NCBI GenBank assembly: GCA_047495785.1
Contig: JBLDXI010000040.1
Span: 124,001-188,000, forward strand
Direction: 5' to 3'
DNA length: 64,000 nucleotides
Source: Lepidodermella squamata
Taxonomy: Eukaryota; Animalia; Gastrotricha
The notes under the pieces are model-generated. The model had not been told where the DNA came from. It made no database searches and saw nothing but the letters and a program-made list of their open reading frames with translations. Position 1 is the stretch's first letter. Each line of letters opens with the position of its first letter. Below are positions 13,803 through 27,286 of this stretch, piece by piece. The position numbers and the translations under genes are program-made.

Positions 13803-14185
13803 ATTGATGATCATCCAACAGGAAAACGGACTATTTAATCATTAATAAAAACACGAAAAAAAAATCCGTTATTCTCCGACGTATTCCCAGTCAAAAAGGT
13901 TTTAAACTTTATTCAGCCCTAAAAATTGAGGAAGTGATTAATTCCCATTTTGCAGCCCTTCTTTTCTATTTCGTAAGATGAATGAGAAATCCCGCTAGAC
14001 GCTAGATGTCTCAGTCTGGCAAGCGATACATTTCTTCTAGAACCCTCCATTATTTGAACACCGTATCAGTGTCGTAGCTTCTTATCATCGTATGGCAAGA
14101 AACATTGTTGCAGATATTTTCTACCTACTTGTAGAACCAGCTTTATTGCACTTCTTCATTTTGAGAAAAACATTTTAGTTTGGAG

Positions 14186-15054
14186 ATGGCATCACCCTAC
14201 TCATTGCGGTCAATAGCCAGGAGGGCCAGGCAAAGCCCTAAGGGTTTGTTACTTCACGAGAAACTCCTCAGAGACGCTTATGTATGCAGACGCAATGGGT
14301 GTTATCCTTACAACCTCGTCATTATTGTGATTATGTTCATCAGGAATTATTTGAATGCGTGCGGAACAACGATAAGCTGAAATTGATGACGTTACTGGAG
14401 GATAAAAAGCTCGGTCTTAGCTCCAACTGCAGAGACAAAAATGGGTGTCCTTTGCTGTGTACTGCTGCTCGCTCAGGTTACAACGACATTGTGGAGATCC
14501 TTCTCAAGCAATTCGACGCCAATGTCGAGACTAAAGATAAATATGGCAATAGACCTTTGCACGTTGCAGCAATGGGAGGTCACGTCGAGGTTGTGAAGAC
14601 ACTGGCCGGCCAGTTCAGCGCCAATGTCGAGGTTACCGATGAAAAGGGCCGGACACCTTTGCACAAGGCCGCTTGGAGTGGTCACGTCGAGGTGGTAAGG
14701 ACCCTGGCTGGCGAGTTTAACGCCAACGTCGAGGCTAAAGATAAGGATGACGATACACCTCTGCACGATGCAGCCACGGAAGGTCACGTCGAGGTGTTGA
14801 AGGCACTGGCTGGCGAGTTCAACGCCAATGTCGAGGCTGCCAATAAAAAAGGCCACACACCGTTAATCGTCGCAGCGAATCACGGCAGAAACGCATTAGT
14901 CGATACGCTGATCCACGAATTTCGAGTTGATGTCAACGCGGCCTGCAATAAAGGACGAACTGCTCTGCATCACGCTAATAACTGCTATTGGTTTGTTACA
15001 GCCGAGAACAAGCAGAAAACAATTGACATCCTGATGAAAGCGAACGCTAGATAA
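14186..15054 (+). CDS. Kinase-deleted, ankyrin-only copy B (6 repeats)
   Basis: Exon-1 homolog (MASPYS...LLRDAY) abuts the ankyrin exon. A putative intron 14282-14343 keeps the frame. An alternative ATG lies at 14284. Confidence 0.7.
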
Positions 15055-15964
15055 TGAATTGGGATTGCTTATTAAATTTTCAAAATGTTCAGAATTTTTT
15101 CAGTTTTTTATAGTCATTTTGGCGTATTTCTCAGAATGAATGTGAATGAATGTGCCCGCGGCTTCGAAGCTCTTGTCACATGGAGCCTTCCATAGCCCGG
15201 ACTGTGAGAATCGCGGCTGTGAATATGAAACAAAATTTTAGTTTAATGCTCTGTCCTTCAAAGTAAATAGGAGAAAGGCCAATACCAAGTGCAAGAACCG
15301 CGGCCGCTTTCTATTAAAGGTTGTATTCAATTGTTTGTTAATTTCTTATAGATATTCAGGTTGGCCTTTTCTCGGGCTTTCGAACGGTAACCCGATCAGG
15401 TCGTCTCCTTCTTGCTACCTCCGAGATATCCTAATATGCGTAAGTCGTCCCTATTCTGGCATGTCAAAGTGACCCCCTACTGGAAAATTCAACCTTCCTC
15501 GACGCAATCAGCCCTAACTTGCAATTATTTGGTTTTTGAATGAACCTAAATTAAGGAAGATGAAAGTCGGTCTTTTAGCTAAGAAATCCTGTCAATTAGG
15601 GCATACTGCTGTGGGTATCCAGGACTACGTAGAACATTATTAGCATCGGAAATGATGAGCACACGTCAATATTATTTTATTTTCCAAAAATTCGCTTGGT
15701 GTCATAATAGCGCACAAAAAAACGAGGTCACGGCATGAGAAAAATGGCTGATTTTTTTGAAAAATCGCATATTACGCAAAATCAACAACAACAAAGTCTT
15801 CCACCATATCGAAAACTGCTCCAATTCGCAGATCTGAGCAATAAAAACACAGAGAAGAAAAATTACATTTTTCGCCGAAAAGAAATAAATCGCATTTTTC
15901 AACAAATAATAATAATTCGAGAAATAATTATAGTAATAAATTTACTAATTAATTTTTTTGTGCA

Positions 15965-18270
15965 TCACCGGCAGTAACTGACAACGGCACTTCGACTGCT
16001 GCGTATCGATTCCTCGTAACTAGGCGGAGCTTCCTCGCCGATCATCGGGAACGGCTGAACCGGCGCTGAAGCGACCATCATCAACGTATTCGCCGACGAA
16101 GTTGACCCAAATCGCAGCTGATGACTCACATTATGAGTTGACACACTGTTATGCCGTCGGTTATTATTATTGCTATGTCGATGAGGCCGATGGCTTGGTG
16201 GTACAGTGCTCCCTCGATAAAAGCACTGGGTCGGGAGCCAGACCCGGTCTTTAAACAAGGGAAAGCTATAACGAGGGCTGTAATTGAATGCAGAAGCTAA
16301 AAATAGACCGTTTCTACGCCTTAGGACAGTTGCCATGCCAACGCGCAGAAAGAGACGGACACGGATTACGTGTCATTACAATTTTCGCTCGCTGAAGGCT
16401 GTGAAACAGTAACACTATGAATTGTAAGTTCGTCGCCAAGTTTTTATTCTTATTTGCCAGGGCGGCTTTGATTTGACTGGTTGGCCTTGTTTTTATACTC
16501 CGATTTCAAGTCCTGCCTGGGGTTGACGAACTCAGAATAAAAAAAACCTGGAATCTCATTATTTCAATTTACTTAAAAAATGCCAAGCTCGTCCGATTTC
16601 GCAAACAAATTTCATTTGAAATAGCAGCATAAAAATTCAATCACCTTGGTCAAGATTGACCAGAATACTGAATAAATCACCAACAAATTCAGCCAAACAT
16701 TCTCAAGTGTTCAATCCAGAACTCGCCTAAAACTCGTAGAGTTATTTAAAAAATAATATCATGAAATTTGAAACAATTAGGATGAATAATGTATTTTCGA
16801 CAATTTTTTCGCGGTTAACCTGACTTTTTCTTTTTTAAATTCATCGAATGAATGGCATTGAGCAATCACGGACCGATTTCAAGGCATAAGACGTGGTTCC
16901 GTCAAGAGGGAAGAGGGAACAAGAGGGTGTTTAGATTGAATGGAATAAATTTGTATCTTCTCAGGCGTGATCTCGTTTTCATTCGACTGGCCTGTTAAGA
17001 TCAGAGCAAGGTAACAAAATCGGGCAGAAGCTCCCGCCGCCCCTCCTCGGGATGTTGCGATTTTCAAAGTCAAAATTGAATGATTAAAAGTTGTGAAAAA
17101 ACCCGTAAAATGAAATCGTAGAGTAGTGGCAGCCATTTTCATGTTAGGTCAGGCCTATCAACTATCGAAAATCGGCTAATAATTCCAATAACTCAGGACA
17201 ACTGGAACGAATGAAATCGGTCTAATTTTATGAGAATGAATCCATGTATCGAAATTAAAATAAATCTTAAAACAAGGACATGATTCTTCATGATTACGCA
17301 ACACGGCTGGGAACAAAATTAGGATGTTTCAGTTTCCTCAAAAACACGATTTATATCCCAATTTGATCATGCTAATAATGCTGGTAAATGTCAAGAGATT
17401 TTCTGGCCGGGAAAAAGCTAAAAAATGAAAAATCATGCAATTCAGATGGGTCTTTAAGTTGATCAGCAATTGACGTGAGGAAAAATCTGCAAATCAAGGA
17501 GATAGAAGATTGAAGGGCATTTTTATAGTTATTGAAATGAATTGCTGACTATGTCTGATAAACTGGCGTAATTTCTGATGAAAAAGTTCAACAAAAAAAC
17601 AAGACGACTTGAGTGGGAGCTAATCCACACACTCTGTTGCATAATCAAAGCCATTTCAAAGCCACAAGAACAGCTTAATGCACTGATGATCTTTCAACTC
17701 GTTTGAACTAAACTTGAAATAACTGGATCTCTCAAAACCACGACAACGCGCCGCTAGGTTTCTAGGAACGCTTTATTATTTTATATTTTCACGCTTAATT
17801 ATTTAAATCTATCAAATAATTATTTTTTCTTTCATTAAAAATTTACAACTAATTTATTTAGCAGGGTCCAAAATTGCGGTCTACAAACGAGGGAGTTCTT
17901 TTAAGGAGGGTGCCACTAACGAGGGAGCACTGTACCACGCTGGTACCAAGTGATGGCGTCGAACTAGAGGCACTTTGTCCCATTAAATTACCCGGCAGTA
18001 GCACGACCGGTTTCGGTGATAATTGAATCGAATTCGCGAATTCAACCGCCTCAAGCATTGAACTGCTGTAATTAGGCGGCGCGACCTCGACCAGGCTGAT
18101 TTCGCGGTTATTATTATGTAAAATTCGCGTTCGATTGCTGATGTGGCGATGCCGCCGCACCTTTTTGCGCCGTTTGCAGATCAGGCACAGTAGAATACCG
18201 ACAATGGCCCATGCGCGTAGGATGGACATGCAGGCCCTACTCATCCTACTCATTGCCCTATTCGCCCATA
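15965..18270 (-). pseudogene. Single-pass PPxY adaptor, copy 2 (transposon insertion + micro-inversion)
   Basis: Split by the element at 16204-17932. The 46-bp segment carrying the start and N-terminal half of the TM (18222-18267) is inverted relative to copies 1 and 3. Confidence 0.8.
16204..17932. mobile_element. Non-autonomous Tc1/mariner/pogo-type element, TA TSD
   Basis: TA|CAGTGCTCCCTCG ... CGAGGGAGCACTG|TA. The empty site GGTGGTACCACG is in the paralogs. No transposase ORF seen. Confidence 0.85.
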
Positions 18271-20171
18271 ATTATGAGAAAGGTGGCTGGCTGGGGCGGT
18301 TGCGATGCCGTGATGATTTGCTGCCAAGCTTCGTCACTCGCACCAATTTTCGGGGATTTTTTTTTCGGAAATAAAACCAATTATTGAGGCCGTAGTTATC
18401 AAATCGGGTGATAACAATTCTGATTTGAAAAATTTCCGAAGGAATGAAATGAAACACATTTGTCAGGTTATACTACCTGAACCTTTCATTCATTAGTGAT
18501 TCCTCAGTCGGAAAGGCTATTCCTAATATGGTTTTATGTTTTATGACACATTATAGTCCATACTTCAACCTTTTTTCAGCCGCCTGGCTATAGCGGCTGA
18601 CTGCTGCATGAAAGGTTAAGGCAGTTAAACCTGGCAAGCCTTTTAGTGGCTGCTCATATCAACTTATTGGCTTGATTAAAGTGATAATCAGGGCTGTGAT
18701 CGAGGGGAAATTGTAAAATTGCAAGTTTTGTTACGCATCACTTTCGAGCCAGTTACAGCGACAAGCGACAACATCCATTGTTTTCGAGTGACGTCGCCAG
18801 CTGTTACGCAACGCTTTTGTTAGACGCGCGACAGATCGCCCAGTCTGTGAACACCCTGGCGCCAGCGACACTGATGCGACACACGCGACTCACGCGACAC
18901 CGTCGAGGCTGTGAACACCCTAGCGATAATCGCGCGCGACATTCTTATTGTCGGGTCGCCACCCTGTCGTGTCGCCCTGTCGCCGAGTCTGTGAACCCAC
19001 CTTGAGGTTTCCATTCATTCGAGGATGGGGCATGGGACCATCCACCAGGTCTGAAAATCGCTCCTTTGCAGCAGACGTTCTACTTGTGAATTTCAGAAAA
19101 TCATGATAAATTCGCCAAACCCCTTTTCACCTGTTAAGTCGATGATATTTTAGGAGCTTTATTGCGTGCAAATCGAGATTACCTCGTTTATCCGTTTTTG
19201 GAATTGTTGAAGGTTTGATTTTTCCAGATTAATATTAAGGGTTCATAATTACGGGAAATATACAGAAAGAGCACCCTTGGTTTTTTTCAAAAAATAAACG
19301 GAAAGTACGGAAAAATTGGTTACAGGCAATTCCAAAGTGAATCTTTAATCTTAAATTCTTAAGTTTTGAGTTTTAATATGGAATGAGACCGAATTAGGCG
19401 TCATTTCGGAAAGCGAAAGGATTTATTGAAAAGCCATGGATGGTGGTGGGTAGTCGTAGAAAGCCGTGGAAACCGATGGAAACCGCACGAATTCAATCGG
19501 AAGTCGTGCAATTATAAGCGCGAGCGGTTGCGCAACAAAATCGCGACCGAAAGCCGTGGAACGCGCGAGTGGGTGCGTGGTGAGCGCGTGGGTTCAGCAG
19601 GGTAATTATCGAATTTTCAGACTAAGGTTTGATTTCTTCGGGTTTTCTTGCCTGACCTCTCGAGATCTGGCAGCAAATAGAGCGCCATTATTATCGATAA
19701 CAATGTTCTTTTCTGGAATAGGCGGATTTTAGAAACTAATTTGCGCCATCGGATCAGCCCTGGTCGGCTCGGACACATGAGATCTCTGAAATAACCCGCA
19801 AATATACCTCCGAGGCTTCCAGGCGCGGTCTTTTCCAGAATAACACGCTCTGTTCCCAAAATAAGCTCTTTCATTTTGGCTGTGTCCACTCCTCAGAATT
19901 ACCGGAGAGGAGGCGGTGAAAGGTTTATTTTTAAGCCGTGGAAATTACGGAAGATAACTGACAAGTTCTTATACTATCAGCCCTTGTTTTCCATTTTGCA
20001 AGACGAATAACGAAAATCCGTCACCATATCAGTGGCACAAGTTGGAAAGAAGCATTCGCCCGCGCTAGCTCCTTATCATCGCAACTAACGGCAAGAACCA
20101 TTGCTGCTGATATTGTCTACTTACTAACACTTACTTAGAACTTACATAGAAATTTATTTAACTGCTTGGAG

Positions 20172-22949
20172 ATGGCATCGCCCTACTCGTTCCGATCAAT
20201 AGCCGAGTTCACGGACTTCAAGAGTTTGTTATTGACCGAGAAACACCTCAGAAACGCATATTTATGCAGACGCAATGAGTGTTACCCTTACCAGTTCGTC
20301 ATTAAACAAGCTAATCTGACCAAGCTGCAGAGGGAATACGACCAAAACTTTGAAACAATTAGCCGACTTCTTCGCGAAAAGGTAAAATTTTCCATTAATT
20401 CCATAAATTTTAGTAGTAATTGAGAAATGGAATCAAGAAATCCAATTTTGTTGAGACTACAGATGTCGTAGCAAATTTTAATCATGTTTTCAGGAATTGA
20501 CAATGCTAACAATTGGCCACCCAAACATTGTCCGAGTATTTGGCTCGTTCAAAGGTTCGCATGTATGCCCTCACGTAAAAATCAATCTCTAAACTGTAAT
20601 TCAGAAGAATATTCGGGTATTGACGTTGCCTCTTCTGACCACTTGGTGATGGAGTATTGCGGGGGCGGAAGTTTCGAAACTCTGATCAAAACTAAGGGCG
20701 AACCGATTCGCGAATTTATGCTTCGAAGTTGGTCTCGCCAGCTCGTTTCAGCTTTGGATTATCTACACAAGCAAGACATTGTCCATGGCAACATTAAGCC
20801 AAGCAACATCCTACTATCGACGAATCAAGGCACCGTGAAATTGGCTGAGTTGGGAATAATCGAAACCTTTGACACGTAAAGCCATCATATTTTATAATTT
20901 AAATATATTTTAGCCATAATTTTTCAGAAAATCAAAAACGATATCTCTATTGCAAGAAATGCGCGGCTACTCGCCTCCTGAAGTATGGAACGGTGCGCCT
21001 TGGTCACAAGCCAGTGACGTCTGGTCGCTGGGTGTTACGCTGTACGAACTCACGAACGGCAAAAAACCGGTTTGACAATGAGTTAACGTTGAAATCAAGC
21101 CTAATTTATTTTATTTAGTTCGAACCAATGGACACAATCGAGACGTAAGTCGATTAATTGCTTCTATTCATTTATTTTCATATTTTCTCATGTGCGGAGA
21201 AGGGAGTAGGGGTACAGGGGTCGAGAGGTTCAGGCGTGGCAACCTTAAAAACCACAGGGGGACCCTTTCGTCAGGTAAATTCGAGGCTGAAATAATCCAC
21301 AATACCCTTCACCTCGGATATCCGATTTTATCCAATGCTCACAGGATTCAATCTGAAACTACTCAATTTCGCTTTGTTTAGACATGAAGCTCGAAAGTTC
21401 GACGAGTCTCGCGGTTATTCAACATGTGTCAGCGAATTTGTAATGGCCATGCTCACGAGAAACCCTAAGGTTCGACCGAGCATTGATAAGTACATGAAAA
21501 TGTCCTTTCTACTGAACGCACCGGTGAGAGAGAATAATATGGAGGTGAGATTTTTAGCCATATCCTTGCCATATCAGAATGTATATTACCATGTGGCTTC
21601 TTCCTCTGTTCTTCAGGCGGACTTGTCCACGCCCGCAACACCACAACCAGATGCAGAGGCTGTTCAGGTATTGAATTAGGCATCGTCGATGGCTTGATTA
21701 TGATTATATTTATCAGGCGTTATTTGACTGCGTGCGGAACAACGACAAGTTTAAATTAACGAAGCTACTGGAGGATCAGCAGCTCGGTCTTAGCTCCAAC
21801 TGCAGAGACACAAAAGGTTGTCCTTTGCTGTGTATTGCTGCTCGCTCAGGCTACAACGACATTGTCGAGATCCTTCTCACGCAATTCCAAGCAAATATCG
21901 AGGCTACCAATAAAAATGATGGTCGTACACCTCTGCACGACGCAGCTTGGAATGGCCACGTCGAGGTGGTGAATACGCTGGCTGGCCAGTTTGGCGCCAA
22001 TGTCGAGGCTACCAATGAATATGACGATACACCTTTGTACGATGCCGCTTCTCGTGGCCACGTCAATGTGGTGATGACACTGGCTGGCCAGTTCAACGCC
22101 AATGTCGAGGCTACAAGTAGAGGTGGATATACACCTTTGCACATCGCAGCCTATTATGGCTACGCCGAGGTGGTGAGGATACTGGCTGGCCAGTTCAACG
22201 CCAATGTCGAGGCTACCACATTTCATGGCAATACACCTTTGCACGAGGCCGCTTCTCATGGCCACGTCGAGGTGGTGAAGATACTGGCTGGAGATTTTTT
22301 CGCCAATGTCGAGGCTACCGATAGAACTGGCAATACACCTTTGCACGAGGCCGCTTCTCATGGCCACGTCGAAGTGGTGAAGACACTGGCTGACCAGTTT
22401 AACGCCAATATCGAGGCTGAAGGTACAGATGGCCATACACCTTTGCACATCGCAGCATGTAATGGCCACGCCGAGGTGGTGAAGACACTGGCAGGCCAGT
22501 TTAACGCCAAGATCGAGGCTATCAATAGATATGGCAATACGCCTTTGCACGAGGCCGCTTCTCATGGCCACTTCAATGTGGTGATGACACTGTGTGTTAA
22601 GTTTCGCGTCAATGTTAATGTCGAGGCTAAAGATGAATATCAGGGCAATACACCTTTGCACGACGCAGCTTTGAATGGCCACGTCGATGTGGTCGAGGCA
22701 CTGGCTGGCCAGTTCAGAGCCAATGTCGAGGCTACCGATAAAGATGACTGGACACCAATAATGGTCGCAGCTTATCATGGCAAACACGCAGTAGTCGATG
22801 CGCTGGTCAATAAATATCGTGCAAACGTCAATAAGGCCTGCAATGAAGGACGAACTGCTCTGTATTACGCTAAAAACTGCTTTCAGCGTGTTAAAGCCAA
22901 TGACAAGCGGAAAACAATTGACATCCTGATAAATGCGAACGCAATATAA
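20172..22949 (+). CDS. Kinase-like domain + 11 ankyrin repeats, copy C (spliced)
   Basis: Exon 1 is 20172-20381. Further motifs are HPNIVRVFG, HGNIKPSNILL, VKLAELG, YSPPE, SDVWSLG and MLTRNPKVRPS. The ankyrin exon is 21717-22949. Confidence 0.8.
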
Positions 22950-24204
22950 CTGTGTACTGGGATCGGGAATTTATTATTGTAATTGCCGCGATTGTATATT
23001 AAATTTTCGAAATAATCATAATTTGTGTCAGTTCTTAATCATTAATTGGCGTTTATTGGTCATATTTTGCTGCTAGCTAGGCGCGGTAATGGAGATTGAT
23101 TTTATGTGACTTTTACGAGTGATATCCGGCTTCGAAATTTTTCGAACCATCAAACCGGGCAGGCATCGAAATATTTAAACACCTGACAGTATAAATCGAT
23201 TAACTTGTAAGGTCAAGGCGACGGATAGGAATAACAAATTATGTATAGATAGAGCCCTAGAGGAGGCCAGTTTTTCCGAGAAACTAGCCGTATCGTGGGC
23301 TCTATTGTACATAGTACTCGGGAGGAAGCTGTTACCCTCTTCGTTTTACGTGGGTAAATACCCCCTAAAAATGCATAAAATCACATACGTAGAGCGAAAA
23401 TAGAAAATTCATCTATAAAGCTCAACATTCGCATTCCGGTTATTCTGAACCGCTTTGCGCGTCGCTAAAAGCACAATTTTTCGTAGTTTCTTAGCCGATA
23501 TCTGTGTCTGAAGCATAAAAAATTAGCGAATGTTTGAAAATCAATCGCTTTACCTCATCTGAAAGCTTTCAATTATTTTGATGATTTTCAAAAATGCACT
23601 TTCACTGCAACTCTGGAACAGAAATTAAGATGACTAGAGGACTTTCCTCGTGTTTACCAGCTATTGACCCTAAACAAGCATTATCAATTTGGGGGTTTCA
23701 ACCTTGGTTTCAACGGATGCAGCACAGTTTTCCAATAGTTTTTCTCGCTCCGCTCGAAACAATTCAAGTTCGCTACACTCGGCTCATCTCGCTTTCTCGA
23801 TCAGAAACCTTGCCCCGCCGTGAAACACGAGCAAAGCGAGCATCACGGGGCAATTTCAGTCGCTGAAATGCATTGCTCGCTTCGCTCGTGTCTATTAAAA
23901 AAATCCAAAGTACTATGTTTACTATGTAGCATCCTCTGGAGTACTATGAAACCCGCGTAAACCATGCGTAAACAGACATGAGACGTACTATAGGACACCG
24001 CGGCTTCGAAGCTCTTGTTTCATGGAACATTTCATGGCCCGGAATGTGAGTATCGCGGTTGTGAATACGAAAGAAATTTTAGGCTTTATCAATTAGGATT
24101 GAAATCCTGCCAATAATGGCTCTATGAGAGCATCCAGGGTTGCGTAGAATATTAGGTTTGGAAATGATGAGCACGCATCAATGTTATTTTATTCTCCGAA
24201 ATGT

Positions 24205-24455
24205 CGTTTGTGTTCTGCAGTAATGTAGCTTAACCATGCTATACGCACATTGGAAAATAAATTTTCTTAATTTGTCGAATTTAGCCTCGAAACTGGTATC
24301 AAAATGACCGTCTTGATGCGAGGATAAAGAATATGTAAAATTTGTGGCATTTCGAGCGTCCAGTGCCACGTTAAAGCTGTTTGAGCGGTTTTTCGTCCGC
24401 GTACTGTTATTATTATTAGTGTGTGTGCAAATGCATATGCATATATGATGGCCGC
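24205..24455 (+). repeat. Left TIR of giant element
   Basis: CGTTTGTGTTCTGCAGTAATGTAGCTTAACCATGCTATACGCACAT... Confidence 0.9.
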
Positions 24456-25195
24456 ATGTAGCATCTTTTCCCGCCGTTGTTCTTTTTTCTTATTAATGCT
24501 TTGATATCTTTTAGGCTTGGGGTTAAGGTTCGGTATCTCAAAGGGTATCTCAAAAATATTTATGTCTTAGTTTTTTCTGAAATCCGCCCATAAATAACTT
24601 CTGCTGATAAAAATAAATGTTTCGTAATCTCAACAACCGTTTGACAAGTGCAACCGATGTGCAATAAAAACGACATTACTTTTATACACCTCGCCTTCTC
24701 CCATCAATCAATTCATAACTAAAAGTTATTGCCATGTACTAGCCCTCGGAGAGTTTGTTGTGAAGCGAACCTAGCTGTTGCAGCAACGCCGAATGAACTC
24801 AACACATCATTTTAATGCGCAGCTATGAGCCGAGGGAGAATCAAAGTCGCAAAATTGCATCGTTTTCAGAAAGGTGTCAATAGCAAGATTTTTGCATAAA
24901 ATAAAATTATCATTCAGCGATAATAAAACAAAACTCAGGGTTTAAAACGATTCTTTTCTTACAAATAATTATTTATTACAATAATAATAATATGCAAATG
25001 CAAAAGAGACACTTTCGGACTAGAAATTTCGCGTAAAAAGAGACACTACAAAATTACAAAAAGATAGTGGATAAATAGGTTTTTTTTACGAAAATGAAGA
25101 TTGATTGATTGATTGTTGATGTCATCGCTCATTTCGATAGGTTTTTTGCTAGCTGTTTGCAACCACTGGCTATTAATCCAGCCGCAATCAACATT

Positions 25196-25791
25196 TTAGT
25201 CAGTTGCCATATAGCCAGACCCTTGATGTTGGAATAAAAACAATCACAATTTGAAAATCAAACACGTTAACTTTAACTTACTTGAGCGGCATCGGAGTAG
25301 CCAGATGCAAATCGCTAAGATGACAAGAGCAAATAGAACCCAAAGAATGACCGAATAAGCGTCGGTAATATTATTATCCTGGTGGGACAGAGAAAAATGG
25401 TTAAACTTCGTGATTAAACTCAGGTACATTCAGAACAAACCGGTAAAATCTGTGAGCAATCTTTCGAAATGTTCAGCACGCTGTTCGTTAGATAGGACAC
25501 TGACAGGGTCTGTGCGTTTGTTGGCGGGGTCTTTGTTTTGTCTGTTGCTGTTGTGGAAGTTGTTGATGTTGTTGTTGTTATTGTTGTCGATTCAATGAGA
25601 CTGCGACATACTCTGCAACTGCCAGACTTGGCGCACCATATGATATTGGCATCTGTAAAATCATTGCTGTAAGATTTTTTTAGCAAAAACTGGCAAAAAA
25701 ACTTGCCAGTGGGCTCAAGACAAGGCGGTGATCCCGATATCGTCTCCAACATAAAAACCGCCAAAATCCAACTATTAGTAAGATTAATCAT
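25196..25791 (-). CDS. Cargo: small type I membrane protein (signal peptide, Cys domain, Thr-rich stalk, TM)
   Basis: Exons 25791-25441, 25378-25282 and 25221-25196 splice in phase. TM is VILWVLFALVILAICIWLL. Confidence 0.65.
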
Positions 25792-26060
25792 CGTTAAACT
25801 TTACTATTCAATAGAAAATTATTTGTATCATACTAAATTCAGCAGTAAACAGGCAACAGAGAAACTCAGCAAACGTTAGCAGCTGAAATCCTACGTAAAT
25901 TATGAGAACGGTCAAAGCAATGATGCTCATTTGAACAGTAAAAACTGGCAACTGACTGTCTGTTACCCAAATCACGAAGTCAGCCCTAAACCACTAGCGG
26001 GGCTTTGATGGAAGTTGTTTGATTGATGTCAAGTTTGTGCGAAATTTGCTGAAAACTCCA

Positions 26061-26384
26061 CTTGTCACAAGTAGAAAACAATCGGGCCAGTTTGTTACGA
26101 GTAGAAAACAGATGTGCCTATTTGTTACGAGTAGAAAACAAATATTGGAGTCGCAGTTTAACACTTGACAGGATGCTCCAAGAAGCCCCGTTTACGATGA
26201 CTTGGTCTCGACAGTAAGAGAGCCTCCCGGGCCTTCGTGATGACAACTTTTCAAAGGATTCAAGATTGCGCGCGAGTGGACACTAATGGTTTAAAGTATA
26301 AGTATTTGTTACGAGTAGAAAACAAATAGGTCAACTTGTTACGAGTAGAAAACAGATGCATCAACTTGTTATCAGTCCTAAACA
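26061..26384. repeat. Two clusters of a 20-bp motif TTTGTTACGAGTAGAAAACA at 30-bp period
   Basis: Copies at 26061, 26091, 26121, 26305, 26335 and a degenerate one at 26365. Confidence 0.85.
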
Positions 26385-27286
26385 TACGGATGAACTTGGA
26401 TGCATTGATGGGTTAGTCATTTTTTGGTCATTTTACAGGATCTAGAGGTTAAAGACAAACCTCTCCGAGTAAGTTAAGCGATGGAAATGGAAAATTTAGT
26501 TATAGTTGTAACTACCACAAGTTACTAGTTGCTACAAGTAGTGAAGAACAAGCCGAAGTCTCACAACAGATCTTGCAAATTAAATCAAAATAAAAGCTTT
26601 AAAACGATTTCGAGGCAAATCTTCGGCGAAAATGAAAATGAAATTTCCCACGCATGAATGCAATGAGAGAGACTTCTTTATTATTTTGTTTCGTTCGACG
26701 ACGTCAACTGAGACTTTTTTGTTGAAATGTATGTATGTATGTATATTAGCGTTGGATTCGCACTAAGGCGGTCTTCCATCCAACGGACGCAGATGGGCGC
26801 GTCGAGGTAAGGTGGCGAGTTACCTCTTCTTTGTGTAGACGAAATCGTCCACGTATTCTGCTTTCAGCAGTACTTTCAGGAGTTAGCGAAACTCCTAAAA
26901 CTTGAAAATAACCCGCCAAAAGACGTTCTTGGTTTTCAAATGAAATAAAATAAACAAGAATTTTTTAATTACGTTATATTATAATGCTAAAATTAATTGA
27001 ATAATGAAAAAAGCACAGCCTAGCACGCCGACGGCCAGCACGACCGAGCACGCCGATCGCCGAGCAAAAAAAAACGTGCTAGCAAGCTTGCCTTCTTTCA
27101 CTTTCATCAACTTGATCTTGCGAAGCATACTTGCGTGGAAAAGTCTTTGTAGTCTGAAATCTGAATAATCTGAAATTTTCTATTGGTTAAAATAAGTTAT
27201 TTTTCCAACAATATGGCTTTTATTGCATAGGTTTTTCATTTGATTTTTGTACTTTTGTACTTTTGTACTTTTGTACTTTTGTTGTA

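Noticed and set aside
21846-22787. Long antisense ORFs over ankyrin exons (also 3830-4684, 14473-14856)
   Set aside because: Shadow ORFs produced by repetitive ankyrin codons.
26061-26384. CRISPR-like repeat/spacer appearance
   Set aside because: Spacers are only 10 bp, the context is eukaryotic, and there are no cas genes.
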